Shown here: positions 42,924-52,018 of the stretch, piece after piece | How positions within the stretch are numbered: position 1 is the first letter of the stretch | Layout of the letters: each line of letters starts with the position of its first letter | DNA from: Cyanobacteriota bacterium | Lineage (GTDB): Bacteria > Cyanobacteriota > Cyanobacteriia > Cyanobacteriales > Nostocaceae | Direction: 5' to 3' | Assembly (NCBI GenBank): GCA_046045965.1 | Contig: JBJOKS010000008.1 | Span: 1 to 64,000, forward strand | Length of the DNA: 64,000 bases | Notes under the pieces: generated by a model | Told to the model about the DNA's origin: nothing | The model's database searches: none | The model's input: the letters and a program-made list of their open reading frames with translations, nothing else | Program-made: the position numbers and the translations under genes

Positions 42924-45122
42924 ATGAGAAAAAAACCCTATTCTCAGCAGAATTTATCTATATCTGGAATAAATAAACAGCAGTATCAATCTGTGCCTTT
43001 CATGTACACAGTTCAGCATGAAGAAAGTAATGAAGGAGGATTGAATATAGGCAGATTATTTGCAGTTATTCGCCGCAGAATACTAATAATTGGAATTGGA
43101 ACCACTACTGTTGCTTGTGCCAGTATAGGATTAGCTCTGAATAGTCCTCCAATGTATATTTCTAAATTTGAACTTTTAACTGAGCCAATAACCGCTGAAG
43201 ATAAAGTAGTCCGAGACAACAGATACAACAGACAAGAGGATTCTAACAAAGTTGATGAAACCAAATTGAAGATTTTACAAAGTCCTCAGCTGATGTCTCC
43301 TATCACTCAACAAGTTCAGATGTATTATCCAGGCAGCAGGACACCTCAACTCAAAATCAAACTCCTGCCAAATACTCAAATTTTAGAAGTTAGTTACCAA
43401 GATTCTAATCCTGAGAAAGTTTTATTTGTATTAAATAAAGCATCTGAATCTTACTTAAAATACAGTTTAGAGGAACGACAAACAGACACTAAGTTAGCAA
43501 TTAAATTTGTGGAAGAGCAACTACCACAAATGACGCAGAGAGTCGAAAACCTTCAGTTACAACTACAAATTTTTCGTCAAAAGTATGGCATTATTAATGC
43601 TGAAATTCAAAGTCAGCAGCTTGCTAGTCAATTTGATCAAATTGTGCAGAAACGGCTAGATAACGAAATACAATTGACTAGAACTCAAACACTTTACGCT
43701 AGTCTGCAAAAACAGTTGCAACTGGAAGCTGATGAAGCAGAAGCTATTTCAGCTTTGAGTGAGTCTCCTGATTACCAGAAGCTATTGAACCAACTCCAAG
43801 ATGTAGAAGCTCAAATTGCTATAAAATCCTCCCAATATACGGATAATAGCCCAAATATTCAAAATCTGCTAATTCAAAGACAAAATTTACGGGCTTTAGT
43901 AGACAAAGAAAAATTGCGGATTGTGGGAATAAAATTGTCAAACAAAACTACGAATTCTTTAGATTCAGCAGCACCAAATTCGGCTCGTCTGCGAGAAATA
44001 CAAAAATTTATTGAAGCACATAAGCAAATTCAAATATTAAAAACCCAAATCCAATTTCTTGCTCAATCTGAAAATTTTTTGCAGCAACAGGTTAAACAGT
44101 TTCCGGCGCTCATTCGTCAAAAAAATGATTTAGAACGGCAATTAAAAATCGCTGTTGATAACTTAAATAACTTTTTAAATGAACGGGAAAGATTGCGAAT
44201 AGATTCAGCCCAAAAGCAGATACCTTGGCAGATACTTACTCCTCCTAGTCAACCTCGAAATCTTGCAGTTACTAGCCATAGGTTAATTGTAGGAACAATT
44301 TTGGGATTATTATTAAGCATAGGACTTGCTTTGCTTATAGACAAGCTCAACAACGTCTTTTATAAACTTGAGGAAGTCAAAGATACAATTAAACTACCAA
44401 TATTAGGGAATATTCCTCATATTAGGTTTGGCAAGAATGGTAAGCCTGATCAAAAACATGATAGCTCAAACTTTTGGGAATCTTTCCACTCAGTTTATAC
44501 AAATATTTGTCTTCTCAATAGTGATAATGCTATCCGTTCTCTAGCAATTATTTCAGCCGCTCCTGGAGATGGTAAATCGACAATTGCTTTTTACTTAGCT
44601 CAGACAGCAGCAGTAATGGGTAAACGTGTGCTATTAGTAGATGGAAACTTGCGTAATCCTATTATACATAAAATGTTGGATTTACCCAACACAGAAGGAT
44701 TAAGCAACCTCATTGCTGAAGGGCTAAATTTTGAGAATGTTATCCAAAGACCCCATAGCTACATCAGAGAACAAATTTATAGTTCACAGAAAACAACTTT
44801 AAAAAATACAGAAGAATTATCTTTAGAGCATAAGTTGTTGATCTTAACTGCTGGTCAAATTACCCCAAATCCCACAATTTTACTTTCAGATCCTCAGATG
44901 CAAAACTTGACAGAAAAATTTAAGGAAAATTTTGATTTAATTATATATGACACATCACATCTCTTAGGTTTTGCAGATACTAGTCTCCTAACTAGGCACA
45001 CAGATGCAAGTATTTTGACTATAGGAGTAGGTAAAACAAAGTGTTCTGTTTTAGCCAAAGTATTAGAGCAATTAAATTTTTATTCTACTCCTATTTTGGG
45101 TGCGATCACTGTCAATATATAA
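42924..45122 (+). CDS. GumC/Wzc-like polysaccharide co-polymerase with tyrosine-kinase domain
   Basis: Two TM segments flanking a coiled coil; SAAPGDGKST Walker A, LLVDGNLRNP, LIIYDT. Confidence 0.9.
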   Translation: MRKKPYSQQNLSISGINKQQYQSVPFMYTVQHEESNEGGLNIGRLFAVIRRRILIIGIGTTTVACASIGLALNSPPMYISKFELLTEPITAEDKVVRDNRYNRQEDSNKVDETKLKILQSPQLMSPITQQVQMYYPGSRTPQLKIKLLPNTQILEVSYQDSNPEKVLFVLNKASESYLKYSLEERQTDTKLAIKFVEEQLPQMTQRVENLQLQLQIFRQKYGIINAEIQSQQLASQFDQIVQKRLDNEIQLTRTQTLYASLQKQLQLEADEAEAISALSESPDYQKLLNQLQDVEAQIAIKSSQYTDNSPNIQNLLIQRQNLRALVDKEKLRIVGIKLSNKTTNSLDSAAPNSARLREIQKFIEAHKQIQILKTQIQFLAQSENFLQQQVKQFPALIRQKNDLERQLKIAVDNLNNFLNERERLRIDSAQKQIPWQILTPPSQPRNLAVTSHRLIVGTILGLLLSIGLALLIDKLNNVFYKLEEVKDTIKLPILGNIPHIRFGKNGKPDQKHDSSNFWESFHSVYTNICLLNSDNAIRSLAIISAAPGDGKSTIAFYLAQTAAVMGKRVLLVDGNLRNPIIHKMLDLPNTEGLSNLIAEGLNFENVIQRPHSYIREQIYSSQKTTLKNTEELSLEHKLLILTAGQITPNPTILLSDPQMQNLTEKFKENFDLIIYDTSHLLGFADTSLLTRHTDASILTIGVGKTKCSVLAKVLEQLNFYSTPILGAITVNI

Positions 45123-45228
45123 GGACAAAATATTAGGTTTTTAACCCTGTCAAATAACAAATAGTAATGGCTAAGGATTCGCATGATATTTTTACTAGCT
45201 TTGAATTGTCAAACTCCAGTTTAAAACT

Positions 45229-46071
45229 TTGTCAACACAACAATATAAAAAAGAGATGCTAACTGCCAACAACCAAATTTCAATTCAATACTTAAATCCA
45301 TCTCAGGAATTTGAAGCTTCAAAAATCCCGGCAAAAATAGATATCATTGGCTCTCCTGTTACTGCTTTACCTTTTGAGGTACAAATAAATATCATATTAG
45401 AATGGGCGATAAGTAAAGTCAGTAAAGTTATTTGCGTAGCTAATACCCATATGCTTGTGGAAGCTTATTGGCATCCAGATTTTTCCTCTGTTTTAAAGAG
45501 TGCAGATATTGTTACTCCTGACGGGATGCCGCTGGTTTGGATGTTGAAACTCATGGGTGCAGGTACTCAAAATCGCGTTGCGGGTGTGGATATTCTTTTA
45601 TCTTTGTGTAAATTAGCTCCACTCAGAGACATTAATCTTTTCTTCTTGGGTTCTGATGTAGTAATTCTAGAGAAGATGCGAAAGAATTTAGAGCGTGTCT
45701 TTCCGAATGTGAAAATTGCTGGAATGGAACCTTTACCATTTCGTCCACTCACATTGCAAGAGGATGAAGAGATTATCAAAAAAATTAATGACAGTGGGGC
45801 TGGAATAGTTTTAGTAGCTCTAGGATGTCCTAAACAAGAGTATTGGATGAATCAACATAAAGGCAAAATTCAGGCTGTGATGATTGGTTTGGGGGGAGCA
45901 TTTCCTGTCTTGGCAGAAAGCCATAAAAGAGCGCCCTATTGGATACGTCATTTAGGGGGTGAGTGGTTTTATCGTCTGATTCAGGAACCATTGAGACTAT
46001 TTAGTCGATACAGTACAACTATCCCAGTTTTTATCTGGCTGGCTTTAAAGCAAATCCTAAATTTAGCGTAA
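45229..46071 (+). CDS. WecB/TagA/CpsF family glycosyltransferase
   Basis: VTPDGMP, RVAGVD, ALGCPKQE, GLGGAF, RAP, EWFYRLIQEP.RL. Confidence 0.93.
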   Translation: MSTQQYKKEMLTANNQISIQYLNPSQEFEASKIPAKIDIIGSPVTALPFEVQINIILEWAISKVSKVICVANTHMLVEAYWHPDFSSVLKSADIVTPDGMPLVWMLKLMGAGTQNRVAGVDILLSLCKLAPLRDINLFFLGSDVVILEKMRKNLERVFPNVKIAGMEPLPFRPLTLQEDEEIIKKINDSGAGIVLVALGCPKQEYWMNQHKGKIQAVMIGLGGAFPVLAESHKRAPYWIRHLGGEWFYRLIQEPLRLFSRYSTTIPVFIWLALKQILNLA

Positions 46072-46224
46072 CTATTCAGGCCTCATTGGTGAGAAGTTAA
46101 GCCAGTAAATATTTTGTCACAAAGCTTTCCGAGAATTATTGAAAAAACCTGTTCAGACCATCGTTGAATCTGAGGAAAAGGAGGATTTTAGCACTAATTA
46201 TTTTAAATCACAAATTATGATTTA

Positions 46225-46353
46225 TAAGTAGTCGTGCAAAATAAATTTTATATTTGGGAGAGGGAACAGGGAACAGGGAACGGGGAACAGATAAGAACTA
46301 CAGAGATTTTTGTTGGTTTCAAAAATGTTAAATTAATTTTGCTCAGGTACTTA
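46225..46353. mobile_element. MITE-like element with imperfect TIRs and internal (AGGGAAC)n
   Basis: taagtagtcgtgcaaaataaatt ... aattaattttgctcaggtactta. Confidence 0.6.
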
Positions 46354-46464
46354 GCAAGCATTTGACTTTTGACTTTTGCTATACCTTCCTTTTGAGGGAA
46401 GAATCACCTGATTGAACAGACAGAAGATAAAGATGACTGTCTTTCAAGATGGAAATTATTTGCT

Positions 46465-46740
46465 ATGTCATCAATATTATTAGCAGTTCAAGCCACTGTC
46501 CCCAATACCGGAACTACTTGGAACTGGTCAGCAACACCAGTTATCATTGGCAGTTGTTTATTAATGCTTGTCCTTGCTGGTTGGTCTATCCGCTATCCCC
46601 AGGTAGGTCCAAAAATGCCTTTACCTTTCCCTGGACTTTTCAATCATCCTAGTGTTGCTACATTCTTAGCAGCGATGAGTTTTGGTCATATTGTCGGTGT
46701 GGCTGCGGTTTTAGGTTTGACCAATATTGGTGTTTTTTGA
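46465..46740 (+). CDS. psaK: Photosystem I subunit PsaK
   Basis: [37 protein letters not shown]. Confidence 0.92.
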   Translation: MSSILLAVQATVPNTGTTWNWSATPVIIGSCLLMLVLAGWSIRYPQVGPKMPLPFPGLFNHPSVATFLAAMSFGHIVGVAAVLGLTNIGVF

Positions 46741-46833
46741 CACTCCCTGGTCTAAAGACACGGGGATTCTTGGTTCAATGAGACCACTTAAACTAGACTC
46801 CTTGCGTTATCTAGCTCAGAGGTGGGACTCTCC

Positions 46834-46878
46834 ACGCCAGTTGCTTCAAGTCGGGAAACCCGCCCAACGCACTGGCTC
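46834..46878 (+). repeat. SDR5-like structured dispersed repeat nested in the IS element
   Basis: acgccagttgcttcaagtcgggaaacccgcccaacgcactggct. Confidence 0.65.
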
Positions 46879-47037
46879 CCAAGCGTTAACTTTCGGTCTG
46901 CCCGACCGTAGTTGCATGACTGCAAGTCCTGTTGAGCATGAAACAATTTGTTTCAAAATTCTGATTCGTCTAGCTCCTATAAATCTTTTACCTACTGCTA
47001 GGAAGAAACTAGAACAATGCAGTAGAACCGCATAGAT

Positions 47038-47082
47038 GAGGCAGTGCGGTCTTGGGGTCTCCCCAAGTAGAGCAACCGCCGT
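47038..47082 (-). repeat. Second SDR5-like repeat nested in the IS element
   Basis: Minus strand acggcggttgctctacttggggagaccccaagaccgcactgcctc has the same architecture as the 46834 copy. Confidence 0.65.
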
Positions 47083-47582
47083 TTAATTGTCAAGGTACAG
47101 ATTGCCGTTAAGCAGTTAGGTTTTTATACAGGTTGATTACCATTCCTGTTACAAGTAGTATAACACAAGTCGTTGGAGGCTAAAGCCTCTAACTGGCTTT
47201 CATCCCCGGCTTAAAAGACATTAACACCTAAAAATTTTGGGGATTTTTAGGTGTCAATTCCGGGGTTTTCAGCCTATTTTCTTATAAGAACTTGACAAAA
47301 ACACTTGGTGAATCAAATTTGTCAGGTGCTTTATTTTTATGGTGATCAGGAAATAGGCTGAAAACCCTCAAAATCTTATTTCTCTGTGTCCTCTGCGTCC
47401 TCTGTGGTTCGCTTTTCAATTACTTGTGCGTAAGTCCTGCGAAAATTTCTCTAATTTAAATCTGTTATAGCGCATCAGAGTAAATTAATTGTTTATTCTA
47501 GAAATAAGATCCCTAGTTTTGATTCATCAACTAGTGTTCATAGGTGAGTAATGTATAAAAACTAGATAAAGAAATTGATGTA

Positions 47583-48782
47583 ATGCAAAAAAATTGGCAA
47601 ATTGGATCTTTATTTGGCATTCCATTGTTTTTAGACCCGTTATGGTTTGTAATTTTAGGGTTGGCGACTTTAAATTTTGGGGTTGCTTACCAACAATGGG
47701 GAAATGCCACAGCTTGGAGTGCTGGACTGGTGATGGCACTGCTGTTATTTACGTCTGTGCTGTTACATGAGTTAGGACATAGCTTGGTAGCACAGTCTCA
47801 AGGGATTAAAGTTAATTCCATCACGCTGTTTTTCTTTGGTGGTATTGCGGCGATAGAGGAGGAGTCAAAAACACCGGGTAAAGCGTTTCAAGTGGCGATC
47901 GCAGGTCCTGCGGTAAGTATAGTCTTGTTTTTGCTGCTAACTCTAGGTTATAATGTCATTCCTGATACTACACTATTGAGTGTAATGGTGAGGGATTTAG
48001 CAAGAATTAACTTGGTTGTGGCTTTATTTAACTTGATTCCTGGTTTACCTCTGGATGGGGGACAGGTGTTAAAAGCAGCACTTTGGAAAGTTACAGGCGA
48101 TCGCTTTCAAGCGGTACATTGGGCAGCCCGGTCTGGACAGATTTTAGGTTATGGTGCGATCGCTCTGGGATTTGCGATAGATTTCTTTACCAGGGAACTA
48201 ATCACAGGTTTATGGATTGTACTATTAGGTTGGTTTGCAATTCGCAACGCTAACAGCTACGACAGTGTAACCACATTACAAGAAACCCTACTCAAACTAG
48301 TAGCTAGTGATGCTATGACCCGTGATTTTCGCGTAGTTGATGCAAATCAAACATTACGAGAGTTTGCTGACTTATATCTTTTAGAAACATCCTCCCCACA
48401 AGTTTATTTTGCCGCTGCTGATGGACGTTACCGGGGTTTAGTAAAAGTTGATGATTTGCGGACAACCGAAAGAAGTCAGTGGGAAACTGAAACTGTACAA
48501 AAAATTGTTCATCCCCTAAATACAATACCCACCGTTAGCGAATCAACTTCTTTAGCAGAAGTTATTAACAAGCTGGAAAACGAACAGCTACACCAAATCA
48601 CGGTACTTTCTCCCGCAGGTGCTGTAGCTGGTGTAATTGACAGGGGAGATACTGTTAAGTGTTTAGCACAAAAGTTAAATTTGCGAGTCACTGAAGCGGA
48701 AATTAAGCGGGTTAAAGAAGAAGCTAGTTTTCCTCCAGGGTTGCAACTAGGAGTAATAGCGAAGTCAGTAGGTGATAGGTGA
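47583..48782 (+). CDS. Site-2 protease (peptidase M50) with CBS domains
   Basis: LLHELGHS, AGP, FNLIPGLPLDGG. Confidence 0.93.
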   Translation: MQKNWQIGSLFGIPLFLDPLWFVILGLATLNFGVAYQQWGNATAWSAGLVMALLLFTSVLLHELGHSLVAQSQGIKVNSITLFFFGGIAAIEEESKTPGKAFQVAIAGPAVSIVLFLLLTLGYNVIPDTTLLSVMVRDLARINLVVALFNLIPGLPLDGGQVLKAALWKVTGDRFQAVHWAARSGQILGYGAIALGFAIDFFTRELITGLWIVLLGWFAIRNANSYDSVTTLQETLLKLVASDAMTRDFRVVDANQTLREFADLYLLETSSPQVYFAAADGRYRGLVKVDDLRTTERSQWETETVQKIVHPLNTIPTVSESTSLAEVINKLENEQLHQITVLSPAGAVAGVIDRGDTVKCLAQKLNLRVTEAEIKRVKEEASFPPGLQLGVIAKSVGDR

Positions 48783-48941
48783 CTGGGGACTGGAGACTGG
48801 GCAAGAAAATTTTAAATTTTAGATTTTAGATTGGATTTCATGAAATACAATCCAAGATCCAAAATCCAAAATCCAAAGTCCAAAATCCAAAATAAATAAC
48901 TTCTGACTACTGCTATAATTCGTAATTAATAAATTCAGATA

Positions 48942-48962
48942 AGGGTGGAAAAAATCCACCCT
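48942..48962. terminator. Bidirectional hairpin between convergent genes
   Basis: agggtgga-aaaaa-tccaccct. Confidence 0.6.
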
Positions 48963-49003
48963 AAGTAGTACAAAACTGTATCTAAATTAAAATCTGCTAA
49001 TTA

Positions 49004-49696
49004 TTAAGTTCGAGTTTCTAAAGGATTGGCGACATAGTTAAATGTTGGTTCAGAATTCCAAGGACCACGTTGTTCTTCTTCATTTCCATTTGTTGATAAG
49101 TTATAGTAAAGATAAACCGTTTCATCTGGTTGAACATTACCAAATAAAGGATCAGTTAACTTACCTAAAGAATCTAGAGCTTTCATGAACATTTGGGTAT
49201 GAGAAACTTCTCTTGTCAAAAGATGGACTAAAGTGTTTTTAGTTCCCTGATCTGTGGCCAGCTTAATTAACTCTTCATAAGTTTGCCGAGCGCCACCTTC
49301 TGCGGCAATATTCGCCCGTAAATCACGGACTACATCACCACCTTCATTCAAGTAATTTGCAGTCCAAGCGTGACCTTGACTATCAAGAAAATGCGGTCCA
49401 ATGCCGCGAATAGCAAAAAGAGTGCTTCTGTAAGCTTCGGTTTGGTCGGTATTTTTTGTATGAGCTTCAATGAGTTTACCAACCATCTCTAAATGACCGA
49501 ATTCTTCAATAGCAATATCTTGGAGCATATCCCGAATACCAGGATTTTCAACATGAAAAGATTGCACCCAATATTGCAAAGCTGCTGTGAGTTCTCCGGT
49601 TGCACCACCAAATTGCTCTAGGAGTAATTGAGCAAAACGAGGGTTACATTCATCAACTTTGACAGAATGAATCGGTTCTTTTTTGTGAAAAAACAT
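49004..49696 (-). CDS. katB: Manganese catalase (KatB-like)
   Basis: LLEQFGGATGEL, DIAIEEFGHLE, NIAAE, REVSH. Confidence 0.88.
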   Translation of the reverse strand: MFFHKKEPIHSVKVDECNPRFAQLLLEQFGGATGELTAALQYWVQSFHVENPGIRDMLQDIAIEEFGHLEMVGKLIEAHTKNTDQTEAYRSTLFAIRGIGPHFLDSQGHAWTANYLNEGGDVVRDLRANIAAEGGARQTYEELIKLATDQGTKNTLVHLLTREVSHTQMFMKALDSLGKLTDPLFGNVQPDETVYLYYNLSTNGNEEEQRGPWNSEPTFNYVANPLETRT

Positions 49697-49748
49697 ACAA
49701 GTAAGTAATTTAAACTTCTAATTTCTAACTTCCAAATTTATTCTCAAT

Positions 49749-50024
49749 TTAGGCTCGGCTACTTCTTTGCAAAAGTGTCCATAGATAAATAGCAATTATT
49801 GCGCCAATTATTGCCACAAAAATACCAGGAATACTTAAAGTAGTCGCCGTAACTTGTAGAGTGCCTGTGCGGAGGAGTGTAAACAAAGTTCCACCAATAA
49901 AAGCACCAACAATACCTAGAATTATTGTTGAGAGAATACCACCACCTTGACGACCTGGATAAACAGCTTTTGCAAGCGCACCGGCTAATAGTCCTAAAAT
50001 TATCCAAGCAATAATATTAATCAT
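49749..50024 (-). CDS. GlsB/YeaQ/YmgE family stress-response membrane protein
   Basis: IIAWIILGLLAGALAK.VYPG..GGG...IILGIVGAFIGG. Confidence 0.9.
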   Translation of the reverse strand: MINIIAWIILGLLAGALAKAVYPGRQGGGILSTIILGIVGAFIGGTLFTLLRTGTLQVTATTLSIPGIFVAIIGAIIAIYLWTLLQRSSRA

Positions 50025-50227
50025 TGCTGATTGCCTCAATCATTTAATTAATTCGCTCTGTATCAAATTTATCGAACATTAAGTTTGGTTATTTCTACCA
50101 TTTGATATATTTCTCTAAATCAAAAGTTGGAGATATTTAGAGAATAATTAAGAAGTTCAAGGAGTATGACTTATGTCTAGGTTCGCTATCAAAAGTTTTA
50201 AGTTTTCAGTTTTAATTTAATAAAAAT

Positions 50228-50256
50228 ATACCCGAATTCTTAGAGAAGCCGGGTAT
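50228..50256. repeat. REP-like hairpin, copy 1 of a local family
   Basis: atacccg-aattcttagagaagc-cgggtat. Confidence 0.65.
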
Positions 50257-50314
50257 CTAAACAATTAAAAGCATGAAGAATGAAGAATTTAGAATGTAGA
50301 ATTACTTTTGGCAA

Positions 50315-50375
50315 CGGGGATTTTACCCCGACGCAAAACCCGCTGCTTGTAGAAGCAGGGGACTTTCACCCCCAA
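50315..50375. repeat. Triple-hairpin repeat, possibly an IS200/IS605 end remnant
   Basis: cggggattttaccccg, ctgcttgtagaagcag and ggggactttcacccc. Confidence 0.4.
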
Positions 50376-50413
50376 AGGTAAGTTAAACAATTACCAATTA
50401 CCAATTACCATAC

Positions 50414-51796
50414 TCAAATGGCACGAGAGAATTTTGTTTCTCTAATTCTGCTATGAGTATCGAAGTTAACGGCAATGTTTCTGACTAGTAATCTCCCCGT
50501 ATCTGTGATTTGGATTTCGTCGGCTAATAAATTCACTAGTCCATCATTTTCTAGAGGTTTTAACTCTTCTAGTTCCTGGTAGAAATAGCTATCAAAATCA
50601 ATGTGATATTTACGTTCAATATCTGACTTATGTAGCTGAAAGTGAGACATTATAGACATAATTACATCCCGTCTGATGATGTCATCTTGGGTTAATTTAA
50701 TGCCTTTACTTGTGGGAATAATACCTGCTGAAACAGCCTGATAATAGTCCTTTAAGCCTTTATGGTTCTGAGCATAAGCATCTTCTAGCATACTAATAGA
50801 TGTGGAACCAAAACCAAAAAGTTCTGTTTCTGCGTGGGTGGTGTAACCTTGGAAGTTGCGTTTGAGTGTACCATGACGTTGAGCGATCGCTAATTCATTA
50901 TTAGTTTTGGCAAAATGATCCATACCAATAAACAAATACTCGTTATTTGTTAACTCTTCAATGGTCATTTTCAGAATATCTAACTTTTCCTGGGCTGTAG
51001 GTAATGAATCTTCAGAAATTCTTTTTTGTACAGGTTTTACCCAAGGTACATAGGCAAAGTTAAACACCACAATTCGGTCAGGATCTAAAGCGATAGTCTT
51101 TTTGACTGTTTCCTGAAAAGTATGCAGATTTTGGTAGGGTAAACCATAAATTAAGTCTACATTCACACTGGCAAAATTAGCCTCTTTAATCCAATCCATT
51201 GCCTCAAAAAGCATTTTTTCTGGTTGAATACGATTAACGGCTTCTTGCACTTGGGGGTTAAAGTCTTGGATACCAAAACTAATGCGATTAAAGCCAATAT
51301 CTCTGAGAAATCGAATGTATTCTTTATTGACATAGCGGGGGTTAATTTCAATGGAAATTTCTGCTTGTGAATCAATATTGAAATAACGGTTGATCTTGTT
51401 CCACAAAAATTCAACTTGGTGCATTTCTAAATAATTAGGTGTACCTCCACCCCAATGCACCTGAAGCACTTTTCGGCTTGTATCAATCAACTCTGTGGTG
51501 TTTTTGATTTCCTGTGCCAAATTTTGTAGGTAAGGTTTGGCAATATTCTTGTTATTAGAAATTACCGTATTACAACCACAAAAATAACAAGCACTTTGAC
51601 AAAAAGGAATGTGGAAATACAAAGATAACGGCGTTTGACGTTGATTAGAATTAATGATGGCTAGTTCAAAATCTGGCGCGGTGAATGTTTCTATTAATTC
51701 TGTAGCGGGTGGGTAGCTGGTGTATCTGGGTGCGCGAGTGTCATACTTTTTAATCAAGTCTAGATCGAACTTGACACCAGGTAATAGAAAGACCAT
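50414..51796 (-). CDS. hemN: Oxygen-independent coproporphyrinogen III oxidase
   Basis: PRYTSYP, HIPFCQSACYFCGC radical-SAM motif, GGGTP, RNFQGY; GGAGGT RBS. Confidence 0.95.
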   Translation of the reverse strand: MVFLLPGVKFDLDLIKKYDTRAPRYTSYPPATELIETFTAPDFELAIINSNQRQTPLSLYFHIPFCQSACYFCGCNTVISNNKNIAKPYLQNLAQEIKNTTELIDTSRKVLQVHWGGGTPNYLEMHQVEFLWNKINRYFNIDSQAEISIEINPRYVNKEYIRFLRDIGFNRISFGIQDFNPQVQEAVNRIQPEKMLFEAMDWIKEANFASVNVDLIYGLPYQNLHTFQETVKKTIALDPDRIVVFNFAYVPWVKPVQKRISEDSLPTAQEKLDILKMTIEELTNNEYLFIGMDHFAKTNNELAIAQRHGTLKRNFQGYTTHAETELFGFGSTSISMLEDAYAQNHKGLKDYYQAVSAGIIPTSKGIKLTQDDIIRRDVIMSIMSHFQLHKSDIERKYHIDFDSYFYQELEELKPLENDGLVNLLADEIQITDTGRLLVRNIAVNFDTHSRIRETKFSRAI

Positions 51797-52018
51797 CAAA
51801 ACCTCCGAGTTGCTGTTAGTTTAACGCCTAGTGGTTGTACCAATGTTGAATTGTAGATTGGGAATAGTTACGGTTATTTTCCCAATTTGTTGTTGTAAAA
51901 TTGGCATTGTTTTGTGAGGAAATGCCAATATATTTGTATGCTTCAGCTTAAATTACTGAAACTAATTAGCTAGGACTTACTTCAAGAAACCCGGTGTTGA
52001 TTAAAAATACTATCAGCA

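Larger units (their letters stand above)
46737..47283 (-). mobile_element. Non-autonomous IS200/IS605-derived element (no transposase or TnpB ORF)
   Basis: On the minus strand: TTAT|AAGAAAATAGGCTGAAAACCCCG...CGGGGATGAAAGCC left-end hairpin; right end GAATCCCCGTGTCTTTAGACCAGGGAGTGTCAA; removing it restores psaK ...GTT TTA TAA. Confidence 0.8.

Noticed and set aside
46834..46878. tRNA-like cloverleaf
   Set aside because: Too short, with no T-loop, anticodon arm or CCA; it fits an SDR5-like repeat
46727..47035. 102-aa plus-strand ORF after psaK
   Set aside because: It runs antisense through the IS right end and an SDR-like repeat and has no protein motifs, so it is likely spurious
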